A stretch of DNA of 64,000 bases. It comes from Octopus sinensis (Eukaryota). Positions 36,310-49,552 of this stretch are shown piece by piece (the first letter of the stretch is position 1; the number at the start of each line of letters is the position of its first letter). The stretch spans positions 26,783,360-26,847,359 of the forward strand of contig NC_043019.1 in NCBI RefSeq assembly GCF_006345805.1, written 5' to 3'. The position numbers and the translations under genes are program-made. The notes beneath the pieces are model-generated. The model searched no databases. It was not told the DNA's origin and saw only the letters and a list, made by a program, of their open reading frames with translations.

Positions 36310-37345
36310 TACATAATCATAAACACACACACATAAACATATATACACATAAATGCACACAAACACACATATGCACACACATACAAACATACACAAACAC
36401 ATGAATACACTCATAAACGCACACACACACACACACATAAACATACACAAACACACACACACAAATACGTGCATACACATCCTCACAAGCACACACCGAC
36501 ATACAAAAACACGCAAACATGCATAAAGACAGATAGGCACACAAGCACACACGTACACATGAACACACAAACGCACACACACACACACACACACACACAA
36601 ACATACACGCTCAAGCACATACACATACAAACATACACAAACACATACACACACAAATACACGCACACACACACACACACACACTGAAGCACATACACAG
36701 AAGCACATACACACAAATACACGTGTGCACACACATACACACACACACACACAAATATACCCGAGCACACACAAGCACATACACACACAAACACATTTGC
36801 ACACACATACACACACAAATATACCCAAGCACACACACACACAAACACAAACACACACATGCAAATACACGTGCATGCACACACACACCACACACACACA
36901 CACACTCAAGCACGCACACACACACACACACAAACATACACGCTCAAGCACATACACACACAAACATACACAAACACATACACACACAAATACATGCATA
37001 CACACACACACACACTCAAGCACGCACGCATGCACGCACACCACACACACACACACACACACACAAACATACACGCTCAAGCACATACACACACAAACAC
37101 ACACAAACACATACACACACAAATACATGCATACACACACACACACTCAAGCACGCACGCATGCACGCACACACGCACACACACACACACACACACAAAC
37201 ATACACGCTCAAGCACATACACACACAAACACACACAAACACATACACACACAAATGCATGCATACACACACACACACACTCAAGCACGCACGCATGCAC
37301 GCACGCACACACACACACACACACATACACACACACACACACCCA
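36310..37345. repeat. (CA)n-derived compound repeat with a ~120-bp higher-order repeat
   Basis: Recurring ACATACACGCTCAAGCACATACAC and CACTCAAGCACGCAC units. Confidence 0.9.
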
Positions 37346-37391
37346 TTGCTATGTACCCTTTCAAGTGCCCTATTATTAACTCTCTTTGTAG

Positions 37392-37538
37392 GCCGGCCGT
37401 ATTTTCAACACGTGGGTTGGTGACCCTGCCAAAGTGATCCAGTTGGAAGCCGTCTCCAAGGTAATCAAAGAGGACAACCTCTTGAGTCTGGTTCGGGAGA
37501 CAGGTAGATACATGCTGGCCTCTCTCGAAGATGCTCAG
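37392..37538 (+). CDS. ABAT: ABAT coding exon 10
   Basis: tgtag and CAG|gtaaa; 147 nt; [49 protein letters not shown]. Confidence 0.97.
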
Positions 37539-37701
37539 GTAAACAACATTCTTTTAATGCTGCTTGTTGTTGTTGTTGTTGTTTTTTTGTTGTTGTTTAA
37601 CCCTGGGTCAGAGCAGATACAACCAGATCTACGATAAAAGACATTCCAGCTGTGACCACCCATTCGTTTCAGGAGTATGTACAGCTACCTTATTTCCTTA
37701 T

Positions 37702-37938
37702 TTAACTCTTCAGATAAGGCCAGTTTAATCTGGCCAGATCCGACCCAAATAGTCCATGTGTTTTATGCTCAAACTAGCCAGATCCAGCCTCTCACACCTA
37801 CCCTACAATGTCATTCTAAAAATAAACAATCACATCATTGAAATCTCAAAGCTATGGAATAATGCAAGATTAATACCATAGAATGTGAATAGATTAAGGA
37901 TTACATTTGATAGAATAATCTGAATGCTAAAGGGTTAA
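37702..37938 (+). mobile_element. piggyBac-like MITE, second family
   Basis: TTAA..CTAAAGGGTTAA ends; other copies at 59573-59793 (+), 23004-23671 (-, with SINE), and partial at 22805 and 50370. Confidence 0.6.
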
Positions 37939-38409
37939 TATTATAAGATGTGATTCAAAGAAGACTTAGCTGTTATTTCTGGCTCACCAAGTGACCATGT
38001 AGATACACAGTTGCTATTTGCTCTTTCACTATACTCATTGCTATAGTTGTTGGTTGTTGTTTGGCCCCCAGATCAACTCTGAGCAGATCTATAACCAAAG
38101 GCATTCCAACCATGACCACCCTATCCTTTTCTTGGGTATTTCATACCTGTGACTACATTATCCAATATGTCCCTTTCTTTTCAAGACGTTATTGAGTACT
38201 TAAAAAGAAAACTGGCTGTTATTTCTAGGAGGTTGAGCGACCATATAGGGGTTTCCCCTTCTCAGTGTCAATCTTCCTCTTGGTCACATGACCATATTTT
38301 TAACCCTAAGTCAGCCTTGATCCAACTGACTGATGACCAACTGCTTTTATTTTAGAAAATTACTATTTTTAAATCTCTCAACGAGAGATATTCAGCAACT
38401 GTACTTTGG

Positions 38410-38947
38410 AGTAAAGATTGTTTGCCAACATAAGATGGCAGTCTTGGTTTAGGACGAATGTTGCTGTAATTTAGTCCCAGGAAACATGGTCCCTAGCTGG
38501 CTATACGACTGGCTACAGATGTATCCTTATATTTTCGAACAAGGGAATCTAGCACTCCCACTCAGCTCAAAACAATATCTGTGTATAGCAATTTCCGGGT
38601 TCTTTTCCTGTGTAACCCAGAAATCATGATACACATATTTCTTTATTGCCCACAAGGAGCTAAACATAGAGGGGTCAAACAGGGACAGACAAAGGGATTA
38701 AGTCGGTTACATTGATCCCCAGTGCGTAACTGGTACTTATTTAATTGACCCCCGAAAGAACGAAAGGCAAAGTTGACCACAGATATTGTTTTGAGTTGAG
38801 TGGGGTTGCTAGATTCCCTTGTTCGAAAATATAAGGACACAGATCGTGTTGTATAGCCAGATGGAGACGATGTCTCCTGGGGCTAAATTACAGCAACATT
38901 CGTCCTAAACCAGGACTGCCACGTTAGGTTGGCAAACAATCTTTACT
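38410..38947. mobile_element. Fold-back MITE with arms of about 170 bp and a SINE-B fragment inside
   Basis: 38410-38583 is the approximate reverse complement of 38778-38947. Confidence 0.75.
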
Positions 38948-39288
38948 GCTTTATTTTCATTTTCTTTTTTTTTTTATCAGACATAGTGTATCTTAGACTA
39001 CATTGTCTAATCATCGTTTAACGTCCATTTTCCGCGCTAGCATGGGTTGGACGGTTCGACCCGGGTCTGGGAAGCCAGGGGCTGCACCAGGCTCCAGTCT
39101 GATCTGGCAGTGTTTCTACAGCTGGATGCCCTTCCTAACGCCAACCACTCCATGAGTGTAGTGGGTGCTTTTTATGTGCCACCTGCACAGGTGCCAGAGG
39201 AGTCCCGCGTCGGCCGCGATCGGTTGGTGCTTTTCTATTATATTTTCACATTTGAAAGCTAAAATGTTGTTGTTTATTATTTTCCCAG

Positions 39289-39400
39289 CGGAAGTACCCG
39301 GGTATTTTAAGCCGAGCCCGAGGTCTTGGAACCTACGTTGCCATTGATTTCAAAGACAGTGCCACTCGAGATGCTTTCATCCAAAATGCAAGATTAAAAG
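39289..39400 (+). CDS. ABAT: ABAT coding exon 11
   Basis: cccag and G|gtaaa; 112 nt; RKYPGILSRARGLGTYVAIDFKDSATRDAFIQNARLKG. Confidence 0.96.
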
Positions 39401-39501
39401 GTAAACTTTCTGCTTATGAAAAATCGATAATTCTTCTCACCTCTGTATATTCCTTATTTTTGCTATTGTTTGTTGTTCTTGCTGTTGTTATTGCTGCTGC
39501 T

Positions 39502-39883
39502 GTGAGCAAGCGAGTGAACGGTCTTCATCCCAGAGCTCGCAAGATGGGAGAAGTCTGAAACGTGGTCCTTTGCTATTCGTAAGACCCGCAGAAGAGAAAG
39601 TAATTCAACCCCCGACACCGAGAGCATCGACGGATGGATGGATGAATGCGCATCCAGGCTCAGTGGTTGCGTAGGAAGTCGGGGACAAGAAACAGGAAGA
39701 AAGAGCGACAGAAAGTTGGGGCGAAAGTGTACAACAGGGGTCACCACCACCCCTTGCTGGAGCCTTGTGGAGCTTTAGTTGTTTTTGCTCAATAAACACA
39801 CACAACGCCCGGACTGGGAATTGAAACCGCAATCCTCCGACCGCGATACCGCTGCCCTAACCATTGGGCCATTGTGCCTCCAC
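39502..39883 (-). mobile_element. SINE with family C head and a different 3' part
   Basis: GTGGAGGCACAATGGCCCAATGG head, shared body for about 170 nt, then divergent. Confidence 0.75.
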
Positions 39884-39884
39884 T

Positions 39885-40322
39885 TGCTGCTGCTGCTGTT
39901 GTTGTTGTTGTTGCTGTTGCTGCTGTGATTGTTGTTGCTGCTGTTCTTGCTGTCACTGTTATTGTTGTTGTTGTTATTCTGCTGCCATTGTTGTTTTTGT
40001 TGTTGTTGTTGTTGCTGTCACCGTTGTTGTTGTTCTGCTGCTGTTGTTGTTGTTGTTGATATCATTGCTGCTGATGTTGTTGCTGCTGATGTTGTTGTTG
40101 CTATTGTTGTTGTTGCTATTGTTGTTGTTGTTGCTATTGTTGTTGTTGTTGCTATTGTTGTTGTTGTTGTTGTTGTTGTCGTTGCTGTTGTTGTTGCTGC
40201 TGCTGTTGCTACTGTTGTTGTTGATGCCATCGCTGTCATCGATGTTGCTGCTGTTGTAGTTGCTATTGCTGATGTTGTTGTCACTGTTGATACTGTTGTT
40301 GTTGTTGTTGTTGTTGTTGTCA
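39885..40322. repeat. (GTT/GCT)n microsatellite
   Basis: Directly visible; ends 35 nt before the last ABAT acceptor. Confidence 0.95.
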
Positions 40323-40357
40323 TCCTCAATAACGACCATTTTATTTCTGTCCGGCAG

Positions 40358-40479
40358 GCGTCAACCTGGGCGGATCCGGATCGGTCACTCTACGCTTCCG
40401 ACCGACTTTGACCCTCAGAAAGAAACACGTCAACATATTCCTGGATGTTCTTCATTCTCTGTTGGCGCAGATGAAATAA
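40358..40479 (+). CDS. ABAT: ABAT last coding exon
   Basis: ggcag acceptor; GVNLGGSGSVTLRFRPTLTLRKKHVNIFLDVLHSLLAQMK then TAA at 40477-40479; RFRP motif. Confidence 0.96.
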
Positions 40480-40677
40480 TTCCTTCTTCCTCCTCAGTCG
40501 TTGCCAATCCATCGTCAATCTCGACCCCCACCCCCACCCATCTCTTTCTTTCTCTCTCTGCTCATTTAGTGTCCATCATCGTTATTGGTGATGGTATTTA
40601 ACCCCAGGTCAAGGTTGATCAAACAGCTCTAGGCTACAGTGGTTGAACATGATAGACATCCTAATTACAACAAATAC

Positions 40678-40867
40678 TGTTCTGTATTTAAGAGATGAGG
40701 AATTATGTACATTATTTACATTATTTACATTATTTACACTTGACGGATATTTGTCCTCATCTTGTTTGTTGTTAACACAACGTTTCGGCTGGTATACCCT
40801 CCAGCCTTCATCAGGTGTCTTAGGGAAATTTCGAACCTGGGTTCTCATTCCTAAGGTATTTTTCTAT

Positions 40868-40913
<46 letters not shown>

Positions 40914-40965
40914 TCACTGCCTGGAATCGAACTCGGAATCTTGCACTCTTAACCACTATGCCATA
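40678..40965 (-). mobile_element. tRNA-headed SINE with (AAT)n linker and hammerhead-bearing tail
   Basis: A-box TGGCATAGTGG and B-box GAGTTCGATTCC, then (AAT)n, then a tail shared with both arms of 20861-21155. Confidence 0.65.
40774..40819 (-). ncRNA. Minimal type I hammerhead ribozyme candidate inside a tRNA-headed SINE
   Basis: Minus strand GACAC-CUGAUGA-A-GGCUGG-agggUaUa-CCAGCC-GAA-ACGU-U-GUGUU: complete core, 6-bp stem II, ACGU palindromic stem III. Confidence 0.8.
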
Positions 40966-41038
40966 TGGCGTTGGTGGTTAAGAGCACGTGCTACTAACCC
41001 CAAGATTCCGAGTTCGATTCCAGACAGTGACCTGAATA

Positions 41039-41080
<42 letters not shown>

Positions 41081-41699
41081 TAATAATAATAATAACGATA
41101 CAAAGCTTTTCTTTCATAAGCCCCAAATTACTCTAGTGTGATACTGGTAGCAGCAGCAGCAGCAGTAGCAGTAGTAGTAGTAGTAGTAGTAGTAGTAGCT
41201 GAAAAATCGATAAACCGATTCCTTATGGGATTTCCCAATCAAATTGTATGCAACCCATTTTCAGCCAAACATTTACCAATTTTAACAGATTTTGCTCAAA
41301 TTTGACGTTGGTGTAGCTTAGTTTGGTTTGAAAAAAAGCTCTTGATTAGCTTAATAATCCTAACTTAATCCTGGGCAACGCCGGGCTATACTGCTAGTAT
41401 GTGATACGCAGGACAGGCAAAGAGTTAAACAACAACAAGGAAAGATGCATAAAATTAATGTAGTCCTAGATATACTGTGTCTAAAAGACATATGTAATTG
41501 TCACGGCCGGAACAGCTTTAACTATTGGCTCACTTGATTATGCTGACCGAAGGTTAACCTTTTTGTATCTCTGAAGCATTTTCATATGTTGGTCCTAATC
41601 GTCTATTCTTGTTTCCAGACATTTAGTTAGCCTTTGTTTTATACGTTTTGAGTAATATAAAGCTTTCCTTTCATAAGTCCCAAGTTACTCTGGTGCAGG

Positions 41700-42472
41700 G
41701 ATTCTCTTTTTTTTTTTGTATCTATGGTCCCCTTTGATTATTGCTTTATTTTGGTGGACCCCCCACCACCACCAACGACCATTCAATGTTTACAAACTAG
41801 TTTTATAGAAACCCCTTTCAAAATTCCTATTTTGCTTTTCACGCATTACCTTGCGTAAGTTGAACTATGTAAAATGTGAGAGAAAGGAACCTAGCTGTTT
41901 CTTGCAATACATACCAATACATACATCTAAAGCAGGGGTTCTCAACCATTCTTTATCTATGGACCCCCTTAGATTACTATTATGGTGGAACCCCATGGCC
42001 ATTTGATATCTAATAACTAGTTTTATAGAAACTGCTTTCAAAATTCCTATTTTGCTTTTCACGCATTACCTTGCGTAAGTTGAACTATGTAAAATGTGAG
42101 AGAAAGGAACCTAGCTGTTTCTTGCAATACATACCAATACATACATCTAAAGCAGGGGTTCTCAACCATTCTTTTATCTATGGACCCCTTTGATTACTAT
42201 TATGATGGAACCCCATGGCCATTTGATATCTAATAACTAGTTTTATAGAAACTGCTTTCAAAATTCCTATTTTGTTTGTCACACATTAACTTGTGTAGGT
42301 TGAACTGTGCAAAATGTCAGAGAAAGAAACCTCTTTCTTGCAATGCATACCAATACTTAGATCTAAAGGAAAATTTTTTCAGAGTCCTTTAAAATACGAT
42401 TGGGGATCACCAATTTAGTATTTCATTGCATAGACCCTCAGCGGCTATACGGACTCCAGTTGAGAACTCCTC
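41700..42472 (-). mobile_element. Tandem partial copies of the same hAT-like MITE
   Basis: CAGGGGTTCTCAACC at 41933 and 42153; near-perfect duplication of about 220 bp; right end TTGAGAACTCCTC. Confidence 0.7.
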
Positions 42473-43011
42473 TTTGCTCTAGAGGATGATAAAATCTTGG
42501 GGTGTATATCATATTTAATTCATGGATGCCATGGAAATATTCCTTGTGCATAACATGTGGTGCACAGGACAGGCAAAGTGTTGATACACACACATATTCT
42601 GTAGCACATATTTGCACTTACGCATGCACATCCACACACACACACACACACACGTGCGGACATACTCTCATTCACGTTGTCATACAAACACACACATATT
42701 CAAATACACATCTGCACCTCTACACACACACACACACATGTGAACATGCACACATGCACACTCACACATATGCACACAGACACATGCGTACTCTGACTCA
42801 TAAGGTACCACAGACTCAGAAATGGTTCCAAGTTTTGTTTCGATGACATTATCCAAAGAAACTTTCTCATATTCTATCCAAGCATGGTAAACCTAATTCT
42901 TCTCAGGAAGAATTCCAAACACCATTAAACTCAAAACACAGTAGTAGTAGTAGTAGTAGTAGTAGTAGCAGCAGCAGTAATAGCAGTAGTAGTAGCAGTA
43001 GTAGTAGTAGC

Positions 43012-43053
<42 letters not shown>

Positions 43054-43283
43054 TATAATAACGACGATGATGATGATGGTTTCAAATTTTGGCACAAGAC
43101 CAGCAATTTTGAGAGGAGGGGCAAGGTATTTACATCTACCCCAATATTTTTTGTTCCAACGACCCTGGAGTGATGAAAGACAAAGTTGACCCTGGCTGGA
43201 TTTGAACTCACAATGTAAAGTGCTGGAACAAACACTGCAAGGCATTTTCCCATCATTTAAACAATTCTGTCAATTCAGCACTC

Positions 43284-43315
<32 letters not shown>

Positions 43316-43851
43316 CGAATCGTGCTCTTCGTCTTGACTGTTTACCTTTGTGAAGAGTTACATCAATCCTTTTTAAAATAATAATATAATTATAATAATA
43401 ATCATAATAACGATGATGATAATAATAAAAATAATAATAATAATGATAATGAATTTGACGGTAGTAACAGACCATTACCCCATTTCCTTCCATTTTTCTA
43501 AAAAAAAGTGTTTCTTCGGAATTTCATTCTAACCATTCCCGGTCCACCCTTCCCATCATGCTTTGTCCAGCCTTCCCATCATGCTCTACCCACCTCAACC
43601 AATGGTAATGTCGCCAACTCCCCTCTTTCCCTAGCTAACCTCACCAAAACAACAAGTGATATGGTCTGGAGTTAATGGTTGTGAATTAAGAGAAAAAAAA
43701 AAACTAAATGGTTTTGTTATCTGAAGAATTTGTTTCACTGTTTTTACCTTCAAGAATAAACCACTGCGGATATCTTCATCACTGAATCTGTGTTAGTTTC
43801 TCATTACACACACATACACGTGCAAATAGATAGATTGATGCATAGATATAA

Positions 43852-43898
<47 letters not shown>

Positions 43899-43960
43899 TT
43901 CGATATGTGACCTTGTGAGTACCGCTGGCGATTTTTTTCCTCTGTCTTCCCTTCTCCTAT

Positions 43961-43995
43961 GTTTCCGACAAAGAGCTCCACTCGAAACGTTAAAC
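43961..43995 (+). ncRNA. Ultra-minimal hammerhead-like fold (C4; G8 mutated)
   Basis: GUUU-CCGACAA-A-GAG-cucca-CUC-GAA-ACGU-U-AAAC. Confidence 0.4.
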
Positions 43996-45489
43996 CCTCC
44001 TTCTTCCCTTCTTTCCTGAGCGTCCAATAATACTTTATTTGTTCCACGTCCTCGCGTTGTTGTGTTTTTTTGTTTTTTTTTTGTTTTCTTGTTTGGATTA
44101 ACTATAAAGTTAATCCAAACAAGAAAGCACATTTTTAAAAAATACGGGTGCAGCGAAATTCATTTTTGGACTTTCTTCAATAACCAAAGCCCCTTCTCCG
44201 TAAGGAGGAGGGTTACGGTTTACAATTATTTAACAAATGCAACACAACAGCGCTTCCCTGACGAGGAACCAACAAACGTGATTACAATAGTCAAACAGTA
44301 ATAATATTAACAACAAACCTTTTTAATTTATCCCCATTTATGTGAAACCACTGATGCAATTTTATACGAATTGCTAATACACACACACTCACACATAATA
44401 AGGGTGAAATATTGAATATTAATTTGATTAATATGAATTGAAAACCAGTGGTGTAGCATATAAGACCATAGCGGATCTTCTTCTAGCAAAATGGATGACC
44501 ATTGTTAATGGTTCATCCCTGTTATATAATACTTTCACTTTAATAGTGAAAGTGTCTGCATTACAAAAGAGAGATGTTTTTGTTTCACTTTTAACACGTA
44601 ATACTGAAATAGTGGAGAAGATATGATATTGCTGTGGGGTTGCCCTAGGGAAAAAGTTAAGTAAGGCATGTGTAAAATTTGAATGAAATTGGTTGTGTAG
44701 TTCTCAAGTTTTAGGGAAACACACAGACAGACAGACACACATTCTCAGTTTTATATATATAGAGATATTTATTATTATAAGTGCATGCGTGGTAAGAAGC
44801 TTGCTTTCCAACCACATGGTTACGGGTTCAGTCTCACTGTGTGGCACCTGTGTGGCACCTAAGTGTTTTCTACTATAGCTTTGGACCGACTAAAGAAGCC
44901 CATCATATATGTGTGTGAGTCTTTGTGTCTGTTTCCTCCCCCATCGATGTTGGTGTGTTTACGTTCCCGTAACTTAGTGGCTTGGCAAAAGTGACTGATA
45001 GAATAAGGCTTGGGTTCGATTTATTCGACTAAAAAAAACCCATTTAAGGTTGTGCTCCAGCATGGACGCAGTAACAAATAAAAGAATATGTATGTGTGTG
45101 TGTTTTGTATTTGTCCCTTATCACCAGTGCTGGTTTGTTTACGTCCCCGTAGCATAGTGGTTCGGTAAAAGAATACGAAACAAGTTTAAAAGAAGTACTG
45201 GGATCAATTTATTTGACAAAAAAGAAAAAAGAAAACTCTTCAAGACGGTGCTCCAGCATGGCCGCGATCCACTGACTGAAACAAGTAAAAGATAAACGAT
45301 TCCTTCTATTCAAAGGCGGTACCAAAGGACATTACCGTAGTTTTGCCATCTAAAAATTATTAGCACTAACAACACTCCTACGGGTGATTGCCAGGCTGGG
45401 ATGCTACAACAGCCAAACACCCTCCCGAACATCCTCTGATACATCCGTGAGATGTTGACATTGTTACGAGTAATTGTTGGGCTGGGATC

Positions 45490-45952
45490 CTGCCCTGGGC
45501 ATGGACACGTTGAAACTCCGACGTCTGGCAACTGACTTGGCAGACACCCATAAAATTATTAACCATCTTACTAACAATAACTCTGAGCACCTTTTCAAAC
45601 TCCACCCGTCTAACACCCGTGGAGATATTTACAAAGTCAGAAAACAGCACAGCTCCCATGACTTTCGGAAACATTTTTTTCACGCTGAGAGTTGCTGAAG
45701 CATGGAACAAACTGCCGGCATCAGTTGTTAGTTGTCGGAGCACTACATCTTTCAAAACTTCCATGCTTCCTGAGATTCGCCAACACTACACCTGATTTTC
45801 TCCCCTCCTTACACACACAAGCATGTATCTGACTCATACATTGTTCGCTTCCCAGACATTTGTACATTACTGCATATGCTTTATATGCACTTTTGACAAG
45901 TTATGGTGCACCTGAGCACTGTATACAATAAATTCATTATTATTATTATTAT
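45490..45952 (+). mobile_element. CR1-like LINE 3' fragment
   Basis: LGMDTLKLRRLATDLADTHKII..HLFKLHPSNTRG..RKHFF/TLRVAEAWNKLPASVV; (ATT)n tail; near-identical to 55063-55426. Confidence 0.8.
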
Positions 45953-48534
45953 ATTCAGGAAGAAGATGTGTCATTCATGGCTATCTAAAGAGGTTTAGTT
46001 GGATAAATGAAGTGCAATAGCTTCAACTTGTTGCAGATTCTGATAACAGGGAACTTAGCTTTCTTCTAAACTTATTAAAATTATGACACAACTGCTGTAG
46101 ATAACAGTGAGCACTGTATACAATATTTTCATTATTATTATTATTATTATAGAGGCGCATCCGCATATATATATATGAAAAGGGCGCCGTGATACATATC
46201 AAACAATTTTTCACTCATTGCTTATTCATTTCATAAAAAGCGTCAATTTTGAAAACTGTGCTTGGTGGTGGTGGTGGTGGTGGGGGGGGGGGGTAGTGGT
46301 CGCTCTCCTTATCAGTTACGTCACTGACTGGGATGCTACAACAGACAAACATCCTCCCGAACATACTCTTGATACTTCAGTGAGGCGTTATTAACGAAGT
46401 TGGAAAATCCGTCGTTGGCGATTCATCTCCTACCAACGGATCGAAAGCCACAAGTTGGAAAATGTAAATGCAGATTACTGTATTTCGTTATTTGACCCTT
46501 CTTCATTTCAAGACATGCTATAAAGTGTTTTGGAGAAATGGTCATCCCTTGTCTGACACCCCTTTCCAACTGAAGTCTTAATGGTGGGCAGAATAGATCT
46601 ACATCGGTGGTGCAACCCGCATCGCAAGTTCATCTAGTTGAGAGAAGTTTGACGTATCGTGCACAGCCAGGGATTTATTTACCTTGATGCTGAGAAAATG
46701 ATATTGTTACAAAATTTGAACCGAAACGGAAAAGAAGGGTGCAGTCAAGACAAGAAAGAATAGGAGCGCACTGTGACTAGCGATGTGTAAGGACTGCTCA
46801 TAATTTGGGCCGACAGAACGAATGCATTAAACCAAGGGAAATAACTCTCATAAGCTCAGTTTTCAAATTACAACGTCAGATATTTAATGGTAGAGAAATA
46901 TATTTTTTGTAGTGATGGGAATGAATGGTGGTGGTGAAGTATATTGTTGTTTAACCCCAGGTCAACCTTAATTGAGCAATCATACAGCAAAACGGCGAGA
47001 CGCGACCAAGCCAGAGATTCATTTTCTTAGATCAATTGTCTGTTTAACTAACGTCTGTACTATACGTTCATATACAGACTGTGTATCAGGGCGCAGTATA
47101 GTAGTCATACGGTGGTATATTGTACAGGGCATTCATGGGCAAACTGCGGCCCGTGGGATTTTCTGATTCGCACGATGATGTGTTTTTCTCAAAAGACAAG
47201 AAGGGTGCAAGCTGAGTGGAATTTGACTGCTATTTCTAGCAACGTGTTTGGATGATGGTTGTAAGAAGAAACTGAAATGGCGGTGGAAGGTGGTGGTGCT
47301 TATGTGGGCGAAGGTGGTGTGGAGGAGGTGCTATCGGTGATGCAGAGGGATGGGAATGGTAGTGATGGGGGTAGTGGTGGTGGGATGGGGTGATGGTGGT
47401 GGTGAAGAAAAAACATTTGGGGAATTACAGAAAATGGTGATATTTAGTAACCATGTTATGCAGGCTTTTGTAGTTTAGCCCCAGGTCAGCACTGATTGAT
47501 TAATCATAGGATCACAGACATTCTAGATATGGCCATCCTGTCCTTTTTGGGGGCATAATGTATCTTGGACCACATTATCCAGTGTGTCCTCTTTTCAAGA
47601 TGGTAGAGTATGAATTGAGAGAGATTTGGCTGCTATATCTACGAGGAGGTCTCAAAGCGATGAAAATATTTTGACAAATTAAATTTAAATGTTGAAGTGA
47701 ATCTAACGGATTTTGTGAGTTTCTTAAATGGCTTACAAACACCTTCCATGCTGCAATTGTTTTCATTCCAGCACACGATCTCAGATCAGGTCACTTGCTA
47801 TGCAAGTACATCTCCATAATATATATATTTATATATATACACACTGATGACACAGAGGGGACCATATTTGAGAGGAGGGGCAGGCAACGACAGTGATAGT
47901 CTGGCACAGACGTGTCTGTGAATTCATCTTACGGTCAAGACTAGAATTTAGAACTGAGAACTAATGAAACATCAACCAAATATCCTCAACGGTGCCACCA
48001 TTTACAATATATAACCATGTGGTGGATACCCTCAACAGTCAAGCAGACTGAGCTATTGCAAACTGACCACCTTCACCAGTGATCTGATGATACGCGACTG
48101 GGTTTTGAACCAGCAACCTTTCAATTTAGAGGTCCACAACCTAAGGAAATTCAATTTTCTTGTTGAGGTTGTAGAGTAGATTTGTGACTAAGGACACTCC
48201 AGCTGTGACCATTCCATCTTTAATGGAACATAGTGTATCTTGGACTACATTATTTTATAGTGGTGTCCTTTATTTTAAGCAGGTAAAGTGAAATATGGTT
48301 GCTATTTCTAACAGTTCAAGCATGCAGACTCCTTACAACACCTTTCTTTACCTGTTAACAGAAAACTCCATTAACCAAATGCTGTTCCAGCCATGACCAT
48401 TCCATTTATTAAATAAATGGTGGTGGTTGTGAAGGAGGAGCACTGTCTGTGTCTTTTTTTCTTGTTTCCTCTTTAGGGGACATTTAAGTTGTGAGGAAAA
48501 ATTTGAAGGGAGCTCACTTTCAAGTAGTAGTAGT

Positions 48535-48927
48535 TTCTATTTCTTTACTACCCACAAGGGGCTAAACACAGAGGGGACAAACAAGGACAGACAAACGGAT
48601 TAAGTCAATTACATCGACCCAGTGCATAACTGGTACTTAATTTATCGACCCCCGAAAGGATGAAAGGCAAAGTCGACCTCGGCGGAATTTGAACTCAGAA
48701 CGCTGCGGTGGACGAAATACCTATTTCTTTATTACCCACAAGGGGCTAAACAAGGACAGACATAGGTATTAAGTCGATTACATCGACCCCAGTGCGTAAC
48801 TGGTACTTAATTTATCGACCCCCGAAAAGATGAAAGGCAAAGTCGACCTCGGTGGAATTTGAACTCAGAACGCAGCGGTGGACGAAATACCGCAATGGAT
48901 TTCACCCGGCGTGCTAACGTCTCTGCC
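48535..48927 (-). mobile_element. SINE family B partial dimer
   Basis: A full copy joined to a copy lacking the first ~50 nt. Confidence 0.8.
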
Positions 48928-49379
48928 AGTATCTTCTCCACCAACGCACACACAGATGGCAGAGAGACACAAATAGCTGACCTGTTCACTGGGTGGCCGT
49001 GACCCACCCTTAATCACTTGGTCCTATATACATTCTTGAAATGAAAGAATAGCTTAGCTGGGCTGAAACAGATAAAATCTCATGGTGGTGCAACAATAGA
49101 CAAAATTGGAGCAGACAGCTGACAATAAATGAGGGAAAGAAAAAACATTAGAGTTTTAATTTTATGGATAAAAATTTATTCATGGATGGAATTATTTTTC
49201 TTGTTATTATTATCATTATCATTATTATTATTATTAATCATAATTATTATTAGTAATCTGTGAGTTAAAAACATTTTTTTGACAATTTTCAGCTTTTTGA
49301 AATGATGTATGTTCTATTTTAAGATCATATATTTCCAAATTTGTGTGTTTGAGTGAGTGTATGCGTGTGTGTGTGTGTG

Positions 49380-49417
<38 letters not shown>

Positions 49418-49552
49418 AGAGATGTACTTGCATAGCAAGTAACCTGATCTGAGATCGTGTGCTGGAATGAAAACAATTGTAGCATGGAAGGTGTTTATAA
49501 GCCTTTTAAGAAACACAAAATCCGTTAGATTCACTTCAACATTTAAATTTAA

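Noticed and set aside
40965-41034. tRNA gene (also the heads of SINE families A, B and C)
   Set aside because: A/B boxes are present but there is no proper acceptor stem, and the heads run into repeat bodies.
46150-47200. Relatively CpG-rich intergenic stretch as a possible gene or promoter
   Set aside because: No ORF with recognisable motifs, no splice-consistent exons, and partly repeat-derived.
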